Shown here in pieces: positions 19,649 to 29,991 of a stretch of 64,000 nucleotides of DNA. The DNA comes from Spirochaetia bacterium (lineage in GTDB: Bacteria; Spirochaetota; Spirochaetia; SZUA-6; Bin103): NCBI GenBank assembly GCA_965203905.1, contig CBDBDQ010000005.1:2912001-2976000 (forward strand). The letters are read 5' to 3'. The translations under genes and the position numbers were made by a program. The notes beneath the pieces were generated by a model that worked only from the letters and a program-made list of their open reading frames with translations, ran no database searches and was not told the origin of the DNA. Position 1 is the stretch's first letter. The number at the start of each line of letters is the position of its first letter.

Positions 19649-20783
19649 AGTGGTCCGTCTCTTGGTACAGATACATCGATCGTCCGATAAGATCTTCTTT
19701 GGCAATCATATTCCGCACCTCGCCCCAGTGTAGCTGTGTCATGCTGTTTCCTTGACTATACGTCCGAGTGTCGGTGCGAGTATTGTGAGAGACCCGTAGG
19801 TTGAATATACCGTAATCGACATTACGTACAACAATCCTGAATCTAGCATCCGCGCGTTCGTAGTGCGTGAGCGTAGCGTCGATTATCCACGGCAAGCTTG
19901 AGAACACATCGTCTCGAAAATAGTGTCGTTGATCGATTCCCTCGATAGCTCCTTTCGAGAATAGCATTGATCCAGTGGGATTGGTGCTCGATGCAGTTGG
20001 TATATTTAGGTCTCGACGTGTGAGCGGGTTACTCTGCCACACAAGTTTCGAACGTAGCCTCGCATCAGAATCTCCTATGAGTTCCGCATCTTCAGGCGAC
20101 TGGTCCATTCTTTTTCTGCGGAAAGGAAACGCCGGCGTCTTGAGCGGCATTCTATTCAGCACATCTATCTCTGAGTAACTCGATCGCATTGTATGCTCTG
20201 GTGCAGGATCTGCCATCTCATCGACCACACGACCAGAATCAAAAAAACGCCGGATATCTTTGATATCGGAAATCAGACAAACGTGATCAGTGTACTCTGC
20301 CACAAGTTGTTGAAACACACCTTCGAGCTTCGAAGAAACGGCAGCGTCGCTATCGTTACATAACTCTAGCGTCAACGCAAGGCTAGCCTCTACATTTGAA
20401 ACTAGTCCGCCGAAAGTTAGGTTAGCACTACCAACTACTATGCGTGCTTCCTCACGGTTCCGCGCATAGTATACCTTAGGATGGAAGACGATGTTGCGAG
20501 ATCCGGTGTCGACAGTGTAAGTCCGGCAGCCTATGTCCATGCTCAATCTGAGCGCCTGTGCCGAAGTTATTCCGTTTCGAATACCCGCAAATACCGTTGT
20601 CGACTCTGCGATGGGTTCTATCGTGTCTTGCAGGATGGAGAGACCAGCCTTCGTCATGAACGCAGTGCTCAGCACTATCATCTGCGGCTCTGGAAGAGAT
20701 AGCAGGCTTTTTAGTAGGGCTAGGTGATTGTCGTGGACGACACCCTGTAGGAGGAACTTGGTCTTAGGCACTTTCGCTGACAC
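19629..20783 (-). CDS. PLD (HKD)-family restriction endonuclease, BfiI/NgoFVII-like N-domain
   Basis: FHPKVY...VVGSANLT.GGL..NVEAS; convergent with and overlapping the MTase by 20 nt. Confidence 0.8.
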   Translation of the reverse strand: MSAKVPKTKFLLQGVVHDNHLALLKSLLSLPEPQMIVLSTAFMTKAGLSILQDTIEPIAESTTVFAGIRNGITSAQALRLSMDIGCRTYTVDTGSRNIVFHPKVYYARNREEARIVVGSANLTFGGLVSNVEASLALTLELCNDSDAAVSSKLEGVFQQLVAEYTDHVCLISDIKDIRRFFDSGRVVDEMADPAPEHTMRSSYSEIDVLNRMPLKTPAFPFRRKRMDQSPEDAELIGDSDARLRSKLVWQSNPLTRRDLNIPTASSTNPTGSMLFSKGAIEGIDQRHYFRDDVFSSLPWIIDATLTHYERADARFRIVVRNVDYGIFNLRVSHNTRTDTRTYSQGNSMTQLHWGEVRNMIAKEDLIGRSMYLYQETDHFTLEID

Positions 20784-21027
20784 GATGGTTCGGTACGGAT
20801 TTATACAATAGTGTCGGCATTGGGCCCTGCGGAGGTTAGCCGTTTACTCGCTACTCTCGGCCGCATGTAATTTCGGCTATCTTCAGGATAGGACGAAACC
20901 GTGCGGGGCGTAGAGACAACGTACAGGAATGCGCGTTAACGTAGCAATCAGGTCAGGGCCTACGAACAGCGTGCGGGTGGCCTGATGCGTTTGCGTCGAA
21001 GAAATTGAAACTGGACCGACTCTGACC

Positions 21028-21640
21028 GTGCCGTCGTTCCACAGCTACGGCGCCCCCAAGGAGGTGCGCGGGCACCTCGACAAGCTGGAGGAGTACGGTT
21101 GCCCCGCCGCAGTACATGGAGCGGCGGCGCGGCACCACGGCGCCAAGTTTCGCAGCCACGCGCCACTGTTCCGCGAACGCAACGTCTGCATCTACCAACT
21201 GGGATTGGTGGCGGGGCGCACGTAGGCGTTGCTTTCACTGTGGTACACCCGCTACAGCCCGGAGCCGGGGCGCGAGCCGCGCTTGTGGCTGCACGACGTG
21301 ATGCGGTCCGACGGCTACTGCTCTACCCCGGCCGAGGCCGCCGCCCTGCGCCAACACCCCCGGCGAGGGCCTCGGCGCTGGAGCCGATGTCGATAACGCC
21401 GAAGCTGCTGGAGCACCCAGAAAAGCTTCAGATTGATCAACCGCCTATGGCCCCGTCGGCCACGACGTGGCCGCACAGCTGGGCGAGGCCCTCGGCTACG
21501 AAACTGCCGATCGCTAACGGCATGCGCATACTTATAGCCGCGACCGTGAACCACGCCGAGCTCGCCGCATCAAGCACTACCCCGACACCGAGAAGTGCAT
21601 GCTGATCGGAGTCCCGACAGCCAGCCGAGATACCCTGTCG
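21028..21640 (+). pseudogene. Degenerate internal/3' fragment of the GH-cupin gene (third copy)
   Basis: SFHSYG..EVR, HHGAKF.SH.PLFRERNV, WYTRYSPEP, LWLHDV match about 16770-17390, with many indels and stops. Confidence 0.9.
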
Positions 21641-21838
21641 TGACGATAGTGCGGTCGACGCCCCTATGACGATCTAGTGTAGTCCGCGAACAGAACCTGC
21701 GCCACTCACGCCTGTCCCGCCAACGCACACTATGAGCGTCACAGTCCATCACGGACGCTCCTTGCTTGCGACGCCACCGGCTGCTTTATTGTCGTAACAC
21801 CTACCACTGTCCCAACAAAATCGCAACAAGGCAAGTCA

Positions 21839-24015
21839 ATGACCAGTATCACCGTTTCCCTCAAGAATTGCTACGGTATTCGTAAGCTTGATCACCGATT
21901 CGACTTCCGCGACCGAGACGCATATTCTATATACGCTCCGAACGGCTCTATGAAGTCCTCTTTTGCCCAGACTTTCAAGGATCTTGCCGAAGGAACATCA
22001 TCTTGCGACAGGATTTTCCCGTCACGCGAAACGACGCGTCTGATTATAGATGAAACAGGCACGGAAATATCAAACGAACAAATCCTCGTCCTACCGCCAT
22101 ACGACGAGTTTTTAGCCACAACGAAAAGACCTCCACTCTACTCGTAAACAACACCCTCCGCCAAGAATACGAACTACTGCACGCGGACATCGAGAAGTCG
22201 AAGACTGATTTCCTATCTGCTATGAAGGACCAGTCAAGATCAAGGAAGCCGCTCGAGGCCGAAATCGCGCTGACCTTCACGAAAGGAAATGATGAAGAAT
22301 CTTTCTACGTCGCTCTTGAACGCATTGCTCCTGAGATAGAAGACCAGTCCCACGCACCATTTGCCGACGTTCCCTACGACATAGTATTTGATCCCAAGGT
22401 ACTCGAAGCACTCGCGTCAAGCGATTTACGATCCGCTATCGAAGACTACATTACTCGCTATAATCAGGTAATTGAGTCTTCCAAATACTTTGCTCAGGGT
22501 ATCTTCGAACATTACAACGCAGCTCAGATTGCCAAGAACCTTGCTTCCAATGGGTTCTTCAGTGCCCGACACACAGTTACTCTAAACGCTACCAAAAAAA
22601 TGGTGATATCCTCCAAGAAGCAGCTCGAGGACCTAGTCGCGGGTGAGCTATCTGAGATCACAAAAGACAGCCAGCTGAAGAAACGTTTCGCGGCTGTCCG
22701 AAAACAGTTGGAACGCAACCTGCAACTACGTCAGTTCCAGCGATACCTGTGTTCCAACGTCCTACTTCTCCCACACCTTTCTAACGTGGAGCTTTTTAGG
22801 GAACAAGTGTGGAAGTCATATTTCAAAGCTAAGGAGCCTGTATACGCCGAACTCCTGTCAAAGTACAGGATGGTCAAGGCTCGTCGTAAGGAAATCGAAC
22901 AGGAGGCACAGAAAGAGCAAACGCTGTGGGAAGACGCGATCCATCTCTTCAACGATCGATTTTTTGTACCCTTCACGCTCTACGCCAAGAACAAAGCGGC
23001 CGTGATGTTGCGGGGCGAAGACGACCTTGAGCTCGGGTATAGGTTTCGGGACGGCAATGATGAGGTCGAGGTGCCGCGCGACGAGCTGATGAAAACCCTT
23101 AGTCAGGGCGAGAAGAAGGCTCTCTATATTCTAAACATAATTTTCGAGATAGAAGTTCGTCGGAAGAACCAACAAGAGACACTATTCGTGGTTGACGACA
23201 TAGCAGATTCCTTTGACTATAAGAACAAGTACGCTATCATACAATACCTTCAGGATGTCTCGGATGTGCCGAATTTTCGACAGATCATATTGACGCACAA
23301 CTTCGACTTCTTTAGGACGATTAGCAGTCGGTTCGTGGGTTACGCCGGATGTCTGACGGCAACGAAGTCGAGTGACGGGGTGGCGCTGTCCCAGGCGTTT
23401 GGGATTCGGAACCCGTTTCTGCGTGATTGGAAGCACGAGTTCTTCGTTGATCCCAAGAAGCGGATCGCATCGATCTCGTTCATGCGCAACCTTGTCGAGC
23501 ACGTATTCGGCGAGTCGGATCCAAACTACTTACGACTGACATCGCTTCTACATTGGAAGACTGACTCGCTAGCCATAACACAGTCAGATCTGGATAGGAT
23601 CTACGCGAATGTTTTTTCTTCAAACGGGTCGCGGTTCACGAACGGAAATGAACCCGTGGTTGATATGATCAAGAGGGAGGCGAACGATTGCCTCAGCGCG
23701 CGTTCCGGAATCAATTTCGAAAACAAGATCGTGCTCTCGATCGCCATTAGATTGAGCTCGGAGCGTTTCATGGCTGGCATGATTAGTGACTCTGTGTTTC
23801 TCGCCGAACTTGGAAGGAATCAAACGAATGCTCTCTTGAAGAGGTTCATACAAGATTTTGGATACCGTGACGAACAGATACGCATATTGAGGAAGGTCAT
23901 GCTCATGACGCCAGAGCATATACACCTTAACGCGTTTATGTATGAGCCTATTCTCGATATGTCAGATGATTCGCTGAGAGCATTGTACCGTGAAGTACAG
24001 AACCTGTCGCTTTGA
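21839..24015 (+). pseudogene. SMC/Rad50-like ABC ATPase (RloC/AAA_13-like architecture), split by a 1-nt frameshift in T5 at 22109-22113
   Basis: Walker A-like YAPNGSMKS, coiled coil, LSQGEKKAL signature, VVDDIADSFD Walker B/D-loop, ILTHN; the frame continuing FSHNEKTSTLLVN is the frame of ORF 22222..24015. Confidence 0.8.
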
Positions 24016-24150
24016 TTTGAGCGGGTCTTGACTCGCCTGCAACCGGTGATGGTTCCGGTGGGATGCACGATCTGGTGCACTCTCTATTGGTTGAAAGAGG
24101 GGATGGTTGGCGCGGCCCGGAGTGAGTCCGTGGCTCAATGTGGCACGAAT

Positions 24151-24567
24151 GGCCTGTGGATGCCGCTGGTGGACTGCTCGCTGGACATGGGCCCGCTGCG
24201 CTTCGTGGCCGGCTCCCACAAGTACGGCAACCTGGAAGGCATGTCGATCAGCGAGGAGTCGAGACGCTTCTTCGACGACTTCATCGAGCGCGAGGGGCTG
24301 GAGGTGGTGCAGGTGCCCGGTCTCAAGGCGGGCGACTGCTCCATCCACCTGGGCTGGACCGTGCACGGCGCGCCGGCAAACCGCACCGACAAGGTGCGCG
24401 AGGCGATGACCGCCAACTACTTTCCCGACGGCGCCCGCATCACCGACATGTCGCGCTCGCCGGACGGGCTGCGTTTTGTCGGTGGCCTGCTGCCGGGCCA
24501 GCTCGCCAACGGCGCCATGAACCCGATCGTGTATTCCGAGAAGGGCGCGGAGGCTCAGACCAAGTGA
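24151..24567 (+). pseudogene. 5'-truncated copy of phyH
   Basis: Identity to 15687 onward begins abruptly at GGCCTGTGGATGCC; lacks HxD. Confidence 0.92.
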
Positions 24568-26163
24568 AGGAGCAGTGGAGCGCCGAGCAGGCCAACGAGT
24601 GGTTCGCGTCGATCCCGTTGCCGTTCGGCTGCAACTTCCTGCCGAGCACGGCGGTGAACAGCACCGAGATGTGGCAGGCGGAGACCTTCGACGCCGCCAC
24701 CATCGAGCGCGAGCTGCAGCTCGTTGGCCGGGCTCGGCTACAACACGGTGCGCGTGTTCCTGCAGTTCATGGTGTGGGAGGCCGACCCGGCCGGCCACAA
24801 CGAGCGCCTGGAGATTTTCTTGAGGTTGGCCGACGTGGCCGGCATCACGATGATGCCGATCCTGTTCGACGACTGCCGCTTCGACGACCGCGACCCCTAC
24901 CCGGGGCGCCAGGACGACCCCAAGCCGGGGGTGCACAACAGCCGCTGGACACCGAGCCCCGGCTACGTCACCGCCGATGACCCCTCACGCTGGCCGCAAC
25001 TCGAAGCCTACGTCAGCGACGTGGTCGGAGCTTTTGCCAGCGACCGCCGGGTGCTGGTGTGGGACCTGTACAACGAGCCGGGCGGGGACCGCCCCAAGGA
25101 GAGCCTGCCGCTGGTGGAGGCGGCATTCCGCTGGGCGCGCGCCGCCGATCCGCGGCAGCCGCTGACCGTGGGCTCGTTCTTCTGGCACGACTACATGACC
25201 GAGATCCGGCTGTGCGGGGAACGCAACTCCGACGTGGTGTCGTTCCACAGCTACGGCAACCTGCACGAGGTGCGCGAGCGCCTCGACGAGCTGGCGCGCT
25301 ACGGCCGCCCGCTGCTGTGCACGGAGTGGCTGGCGCGCCACCACGGCTCCAAGTTCGCCAGCCACCTGCCGTTGTTCCGCGAGCGCAACGTCGGCGTCTA
25401 CCAGTGGGGCCTGGTGGCAGGCCGCACCCAGACCTGGCTGCACTGGTACACCCGCTACAGCCCGGAGCCGGAGGGCGAGCCGCGCCTGTGGCTGCACGAC
25501 GTGATTCGGCCCGACGGCTCGCTGTTCGACCCGACCGAGGCCATCGTGCTGCGCGAACACGCCGGCGAGGACCTGGCACTGGAGCCGGTGCCGATGACCG
25601 CGCAACTCATGGCCCACCTGGAGGAGCTGGGACTGGTCATCCGCCTGCGCCCCGGCGGCCACGACCTGGCGGCGCAGCCGGGCGAGACGCTGGGCGAGTC
25701 GATCTACGAGACCGCCGACCGCTACGGCCCGCACAAGCTGATCGCCGTCACCGTGAACCGCGCCGAGTTCGCCGCCTTCGGCAGCCACCCCGACAACGAG
25801 GAGTTCCTGCTGCTCGGCAACCCCGACAGCCAGCCGATGTACCTCGCCGTGGCCCTGTGCCTGCGCGAGGAATTCGAGGAAAAGGTCAAGACCGGCCGCC
25901 TGTCAGCCTCCGACTTGGTGATGATCGAGTGCCGCTACAACGACCCCGAGGTGAGCTTCTTCGTGATGCGCGCCGACGTCCCCCACGGCGAGGCGATCGT
26001 CCCGGCAGCGGGCAAGCCGCCCCCCAGCTTCTACGTCACCGAATCCCGCGACCTTCCCCTGGACCTCATCGACCTCCGCAAGTACCGCATGCGTATAACG
26101 ATCACCCGAGTCTCGCAACGCCCCGTACCACTTCCCACCCTCAGCGACCACTCCAGCACGTAG
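24564..26163 (+). pseudogene. Second GH-cupin copy with +1 frameshift near 24724 and a different C-tail
   Basis: GTG start 24564; CAGCTCGTTGGCCGGG versus CAGCTCGCCGCAGGG in copy 1; homology ends at 26088. Confidence 0.88.
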
Positions 26164-26523
26164 CGCTTCAAGCACCGTCATTACGGGCTTTGACCGAACT
26201 GCGGTCGCGCATACGACGCAGGTAGGAGGGGTCACCTGGGCCGCACCGGCCTCCACCTCCCAAAGCACAGAGGCCGATTTGGTCGAACCGGACAGCGCCC
26301 ATCCCCCTCCGACCCTCCCAACCGCGGCTGCTGACGCACCTCCTTACGGACCGCCACCATAGTCACCGTCCGATCGAAACGAAGCGATGTGAAGCAGCTG
26401 GGCACGATGCTACCCGTCATCGCACTCCAGAACCGGCACACTCCACTCGCAACGCCCCATACCATAGCTTGCACCATGCTAGGCGTCGATCTATCCTATG
26501 CCATACGGAGGACGCAAATCGCA

Positions 26524-28953
26524 ATGACCGTGGCCGATGAAAGCCCAGAACTACTACTTAGCATTCCCCAGTCCGAGAAAATAAAACGGCTGTCCAACAT
26601 GTCAGAGCAGGACTTTCGCGACAAGATCGTTCGGCCCCTGTTCCTTATGTTAGGATACCAAGACGGACGCGAATTGCACGGCCCCGACGAGCAAGGGAAA
26701 GATATCCTATTTGTCGAAGAAGACAAGCTCGGCGGAAAACGGATCATATGTGTGCAAACAAAAAAGGGAAAGATCACCATGGCGTCAAGACACTCTGAAA
26801 ACATACAGGACGTCATTACACAACTTCGCATGGCGTTGAATACTCGCGTATCACACCTTGAGAGCAGACAGCAATACTATCCTCATGACGTCTTTCTTTG
26901 TACCAGCGGGATCATCAATACGAACGCACGTCGTCATATAGTAACCGAACTGGACCGGGACCGACGGATAGAATTCCTGGATGCGCAATCGATAGTCAAT
27001 CTCGTCGACCAGAAATGCCCACAACTATGGCAGGGAATTAGTGCTGATATCTTCGCGCACTACGATACGATTCGCAAGCATGTCGAGTACAATACGTCGG
27101 ATATTATCGATCCGGGAGCGGCTAACGATGCTACTTTCGTGCAGCTTACATTTTATCGCGAAATAGAGAAGCCAGTAAAGAAGGGTGGCAATGTCCGTAG
27201 TGGACTTGAGTTCGAAGAAAAGAAGATCCATGACCTCATACACCAAGACGCTGCCACGGTGCTGATTGTCGGTGATGCCGGCAGCGGAAAGAGCACGGCT
27301 CTGTGGCGCATCGCGTATGAGATTGTGCGTCAAGACCGTGGCAGGGGATACCGAATCCCAATACTCCTGTTCTCCCGCGACCTTTCGCACAAGATCTCGA
27401 GTACTGAAGATGTGGTCGCCGAAATGCAGCGTCTATCGTGCGAGTTTTCATCGGTCAAGCAGGATCTCTTCCAATCGCGAGACATCGCCGAGGGTCGCAT
27501 CACGCTCCTAGTCGACGGAGTAGATGAGATTGCTGACTCCGTACGGCGCAATAGACTCGTACAAATCTTGTGTGAATTCCGAACCAAGTATCCGAGATGT
27601 TCGGTAATTGTAACAACGCGGCCAGACGGGAAGACCAAACAGTACTTCCGGGAGCACCGCCTAAAGATCTACAACGTGGCGCCTATCAGTTGGCGCCAAG
27701 TGAGAAGGATCATCACGCAGGTGCTGGCCGCCCGGCGCTTCACAGAGGGACAGTTGGAGAGTATCACGAGTGGCGCCCACAACGTCTTGCGACAGATAGA
27801 GGAAGTCCACGGCTTCCAGATTACTCCGCTCCTGGCCACAGTGTATGCCGCATCGGCGGACTACTCGCGGAGTGATATCCCTGCAAATATCACTGAGCTC
27901 TTCAAGAAGTACACTGAACTCATGTTGGGTCGATGGGATGAGCAGAAGGGGCTGTCACAGCAGTACCGCGCACCGTTAAAGGACTTTATCCTCAAGAAGG
28001 TCGCCTATGAGATGCACCGCAACAGATTACTGTACGTCACACGAGAGAACTTTACCGCGATGGTGAAGGAGCTTTTGACCGAGCGGGGCCATAGATTGGA
28101 GACACAGGAGATCGAAGACGAGCTGCTTGGCCGATCGCGTCTGTTGCGAGTGAGGCGCGAGGGCGTTGGATTTGCACACGTTCTCTTACAAGAGTTCTTC
28201 GCGGGTCGCTCAATGCCACCTAACATGGTCGAATCATACGTCAGTGACTCATGGTGGACTAAATCCATTGTATTCCATTATGGTGAGAACCCGGAACATG
28301 CTGGACATCTCCGCAAAGTTCAACAGAACGTGATGCAACGTAAGGATCAGAGTACGGTGTCGTATCGTGCTATCGGATTGGGTCTTCAAGCAGCGTACTT
28401 GTCGTTGCTGTCCGATAAGGTAGCGATCTGGTTGAATGTCGTCGCAAAATTGTCGGAATTCATGGCGACATATTTCGAAGATGGTGGACAACGGAGGTTG
28501 TTTCCGCTGACGGAGATGACTGTGAGCTACCTAGGGCTTCGTGACGCGGTGGCCTTTTCTTCGTTGTCAGACAAGGACGTTAGATCTCAGGTATTGGAGC
28601 ACTTTCGTAATCGGTACAAGAAGCCCGACCATGATGTGACCGAAGCTATGCACTTTTGGTATGTCATCGCTTTGCTAGAGAGCGGATTTACAGAGCAGGC
28701 TGAGGAAATGCTGAGCCGTTACAGATTTTGCGATCTGAGATACTACTTGTGGATTGTGATGGGTGCAAGGTTTATTGAGAAAATCCTTCCGGTTAGTCGA
28801 GAACAGAAAGAGACAGCACGGAGGATTCAACAGAACTATGAAGATCATGTTCGTGAGAATATGAAAGAATTAATGCGAGAGTTTCACGATTCCATGCTAC
28901 TTGAAATGAAGGGCGAGAGAGTTGTAGAGGTTCCTGACCAAGCGGACGAGTGA
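26524..28953 (+). CDS. Mrr-like restriction endonuclease fused to NACHT/STAND NTPase (bacterial NLR-related defence protein)
   Basis: SEQDF...HGPDEQGKDI...VQTKKG nuclease; GDAGSGKS, LLVDGVDE, VTTR, ITPLLA, FAHVLLQEFF; RBS GGAGG. Confidence 0.85.
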   Translation: MTVADESPELLLSIPQSEKIKRLSNMSEQDFRDKIVRPLFLMLGYQDGRELHGPDEQGKDILFVEEDKLGGKRIICVQTKKGKITMASRHSENIQDVITQLRMALNTRVSHLESRQQYYPHDVFLCTSGIINTNARRHIVTELDRDRRIEFLDAQSIVNLVDQKCPQLWQGISADIFAHYDTIRKHVEYNTSDIIDPGAANDATFVQLTFYREIEKPVKKGGNVRSGLEFEEKKIHDLIHQDAATVLIVGDAGSGKSTALWRIAYEIVRQDRGRGYRIPILLFSRDLSHKISSTEDVVAEMQRLSCEFSSVKQDLFQSRDIAEGRITLLVDGVDEIADSVRRNRLVQILCEFRTKYPRCSVIVTTRPDGKTKQYFREHRLKIYNVAPISWRQVRRIITQVLAARRFTEGQLESITSGAHNVLRQIEEVHGFQITPLLATVYAASADYSRSDIPANITELFKKYTELMLGRWDEQKGLSQQYRAPLKDFILKKVAYEMHRNRLLYVTRENFTAMVKELLTERGHRLETQEIEDELLGRSRLLRVRREGVGFAHVLLQEFFAGRSMPPNMVESYVSDSWWTKSIVFHYGENPEHAGHLRKVQQNVMQRKDQSTVSYRAIGLGLQAAYLSLLSDKVAIWLNVVAKLSEFMATYFEDGGQRRLFPLTEMTVSYLGLRDAVAFSSLSDKDVRSQVLEHFRNRYKKPDHDVTEAMHFWYVIALLESGFTEQAEEMLSRYRFCDLRYYLWIVMGARFIEKILPVSREQKETARRIQQNYEDHVRENMKELMREFHDSMLLEMKGERVVEVPDQADE

Positions 28954-29468
28954 CGCGAATGGGACAATTGGGTTTTGGGAATCGTACCGTCGCCATTCCA
29001 TGCCGCTCGCGAGACGACGCGGCCGATCAGGTCCAGCTTGAGCACACCTGCACGATACGCGGTGCGACGCGATCTAGCTCACGCGGGGACATGAACCGCG
29101 CAACAAGCCCGCGGTGTCGGCAAGGCCAACGACGGCGGCGTCGCGCGGGTGCGGAATGGCGTCGCTGAACAGTATCGCCATGATCCGTCGCCTACGTCCC
29201 GGTCTGTCGCGGGGTCGCCGGTCGGGTAGCGTTGCGGCGGAAATACCCACAGGAACCGCCCCTCGCGACGATGGAGGTTGCCACGGTCGACGAGACGTTT
29301 CAATACACGGGCCCCGATGAGATGCGCCTGATCTGCTTGCGGATAGTGCAAGGGTTCGGGTAGGCTGTGCTTGTTGAACAACAAGCAACGAAGGCTGGCC
29401 TCGTGCTACCGTCTTCACGGATCCGGTGTCGGTCACCGCAGCGGGCGAGAGCGTGCTTGTGCACCTCC

Positions 29469-29790
29469 ACGAGCAACACCATGACCTACAAGGGGTATGC
29501 GGCCCGGATCGAGTATGACGACGACGGAATGTTTACGGGACGGATCGCAGGAATACGGGAAGGTGTGGGTTCCATGCCGATTCGGTGGAGGGCCTGAGAC
29601 AAGCCTTCCACGAAGCAGTCGAGGATTACCTCGCGATCTGCGCCAAGATAGGCAAGGAGCCCCCAGAAGGCGTACTCGGTCCGGGTTCCGTGTCAACCCG
29701 GAAACGCACCGCAAGGCTGCTCTGGCGGCTGAACTGTTCGGCAAGAGTCTGAACCTGGGCCGAAGAGGTGCCGGAGCGCGCCGCGGCTGA
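29469..29790 (+). pseudogene. hicB: HicB-family antitoxin remnant
   Basis: TMTYKGYAARIEYD..FTGRIAGI / FHEAVEDYL..C.KIGKEPQKAYS / RVNPETHRKAALAAE..GKSLN spread across frameshifts. Confidence 0.85.
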
Positions 29791-29848
29791 GGGGTAGGCG
29801 CCGATCTCAACGATCTCACGCCCACGAGTGTGCTTGCTTGGCGTCCCT

Positions 29849-29991
29849 TTCGCTATCGAAGCACGGTACGGAGCCGGTCGATGGCTGCCTGCAGTGTCTC
29901 GAGGGAGCGGCAGAGGGCGAATCGCAGGTAGCGCTCGCCCTGGCGTCCGGTAGTGTAGAAGTTGTCGCCCGGTACCGTGGCCACCCCAGCC
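29849..29991 (-). repeat. Diverged copy of the aminotransferase 3' end
   Basis: GVATVPGDNFYTTGRQGERYLRFALCRSLETLQAAIDRL versus 37701..37844. Confidence 0.92.

Noticed and set aside
21028-21640. DGR template/variable repeat pair with the GH gene
   Set aside because: Differences include indels and all base types rather than being adenine-specific; no reverse transcriptase in the window.
24108-24129. TGGCGCGGCCCGGAGTGAGTC resembling a reversed tRNA-Arg 3' end (att scar)
   Set aside because: Too short and mismatched, lacks the T-loop (TCGAA), and has no partner in the window.
24028-24150. Novel N-terminus for the second phyH
   Set aside because: Chance open frame across the junction; the product would lack the HxD iron ligands.
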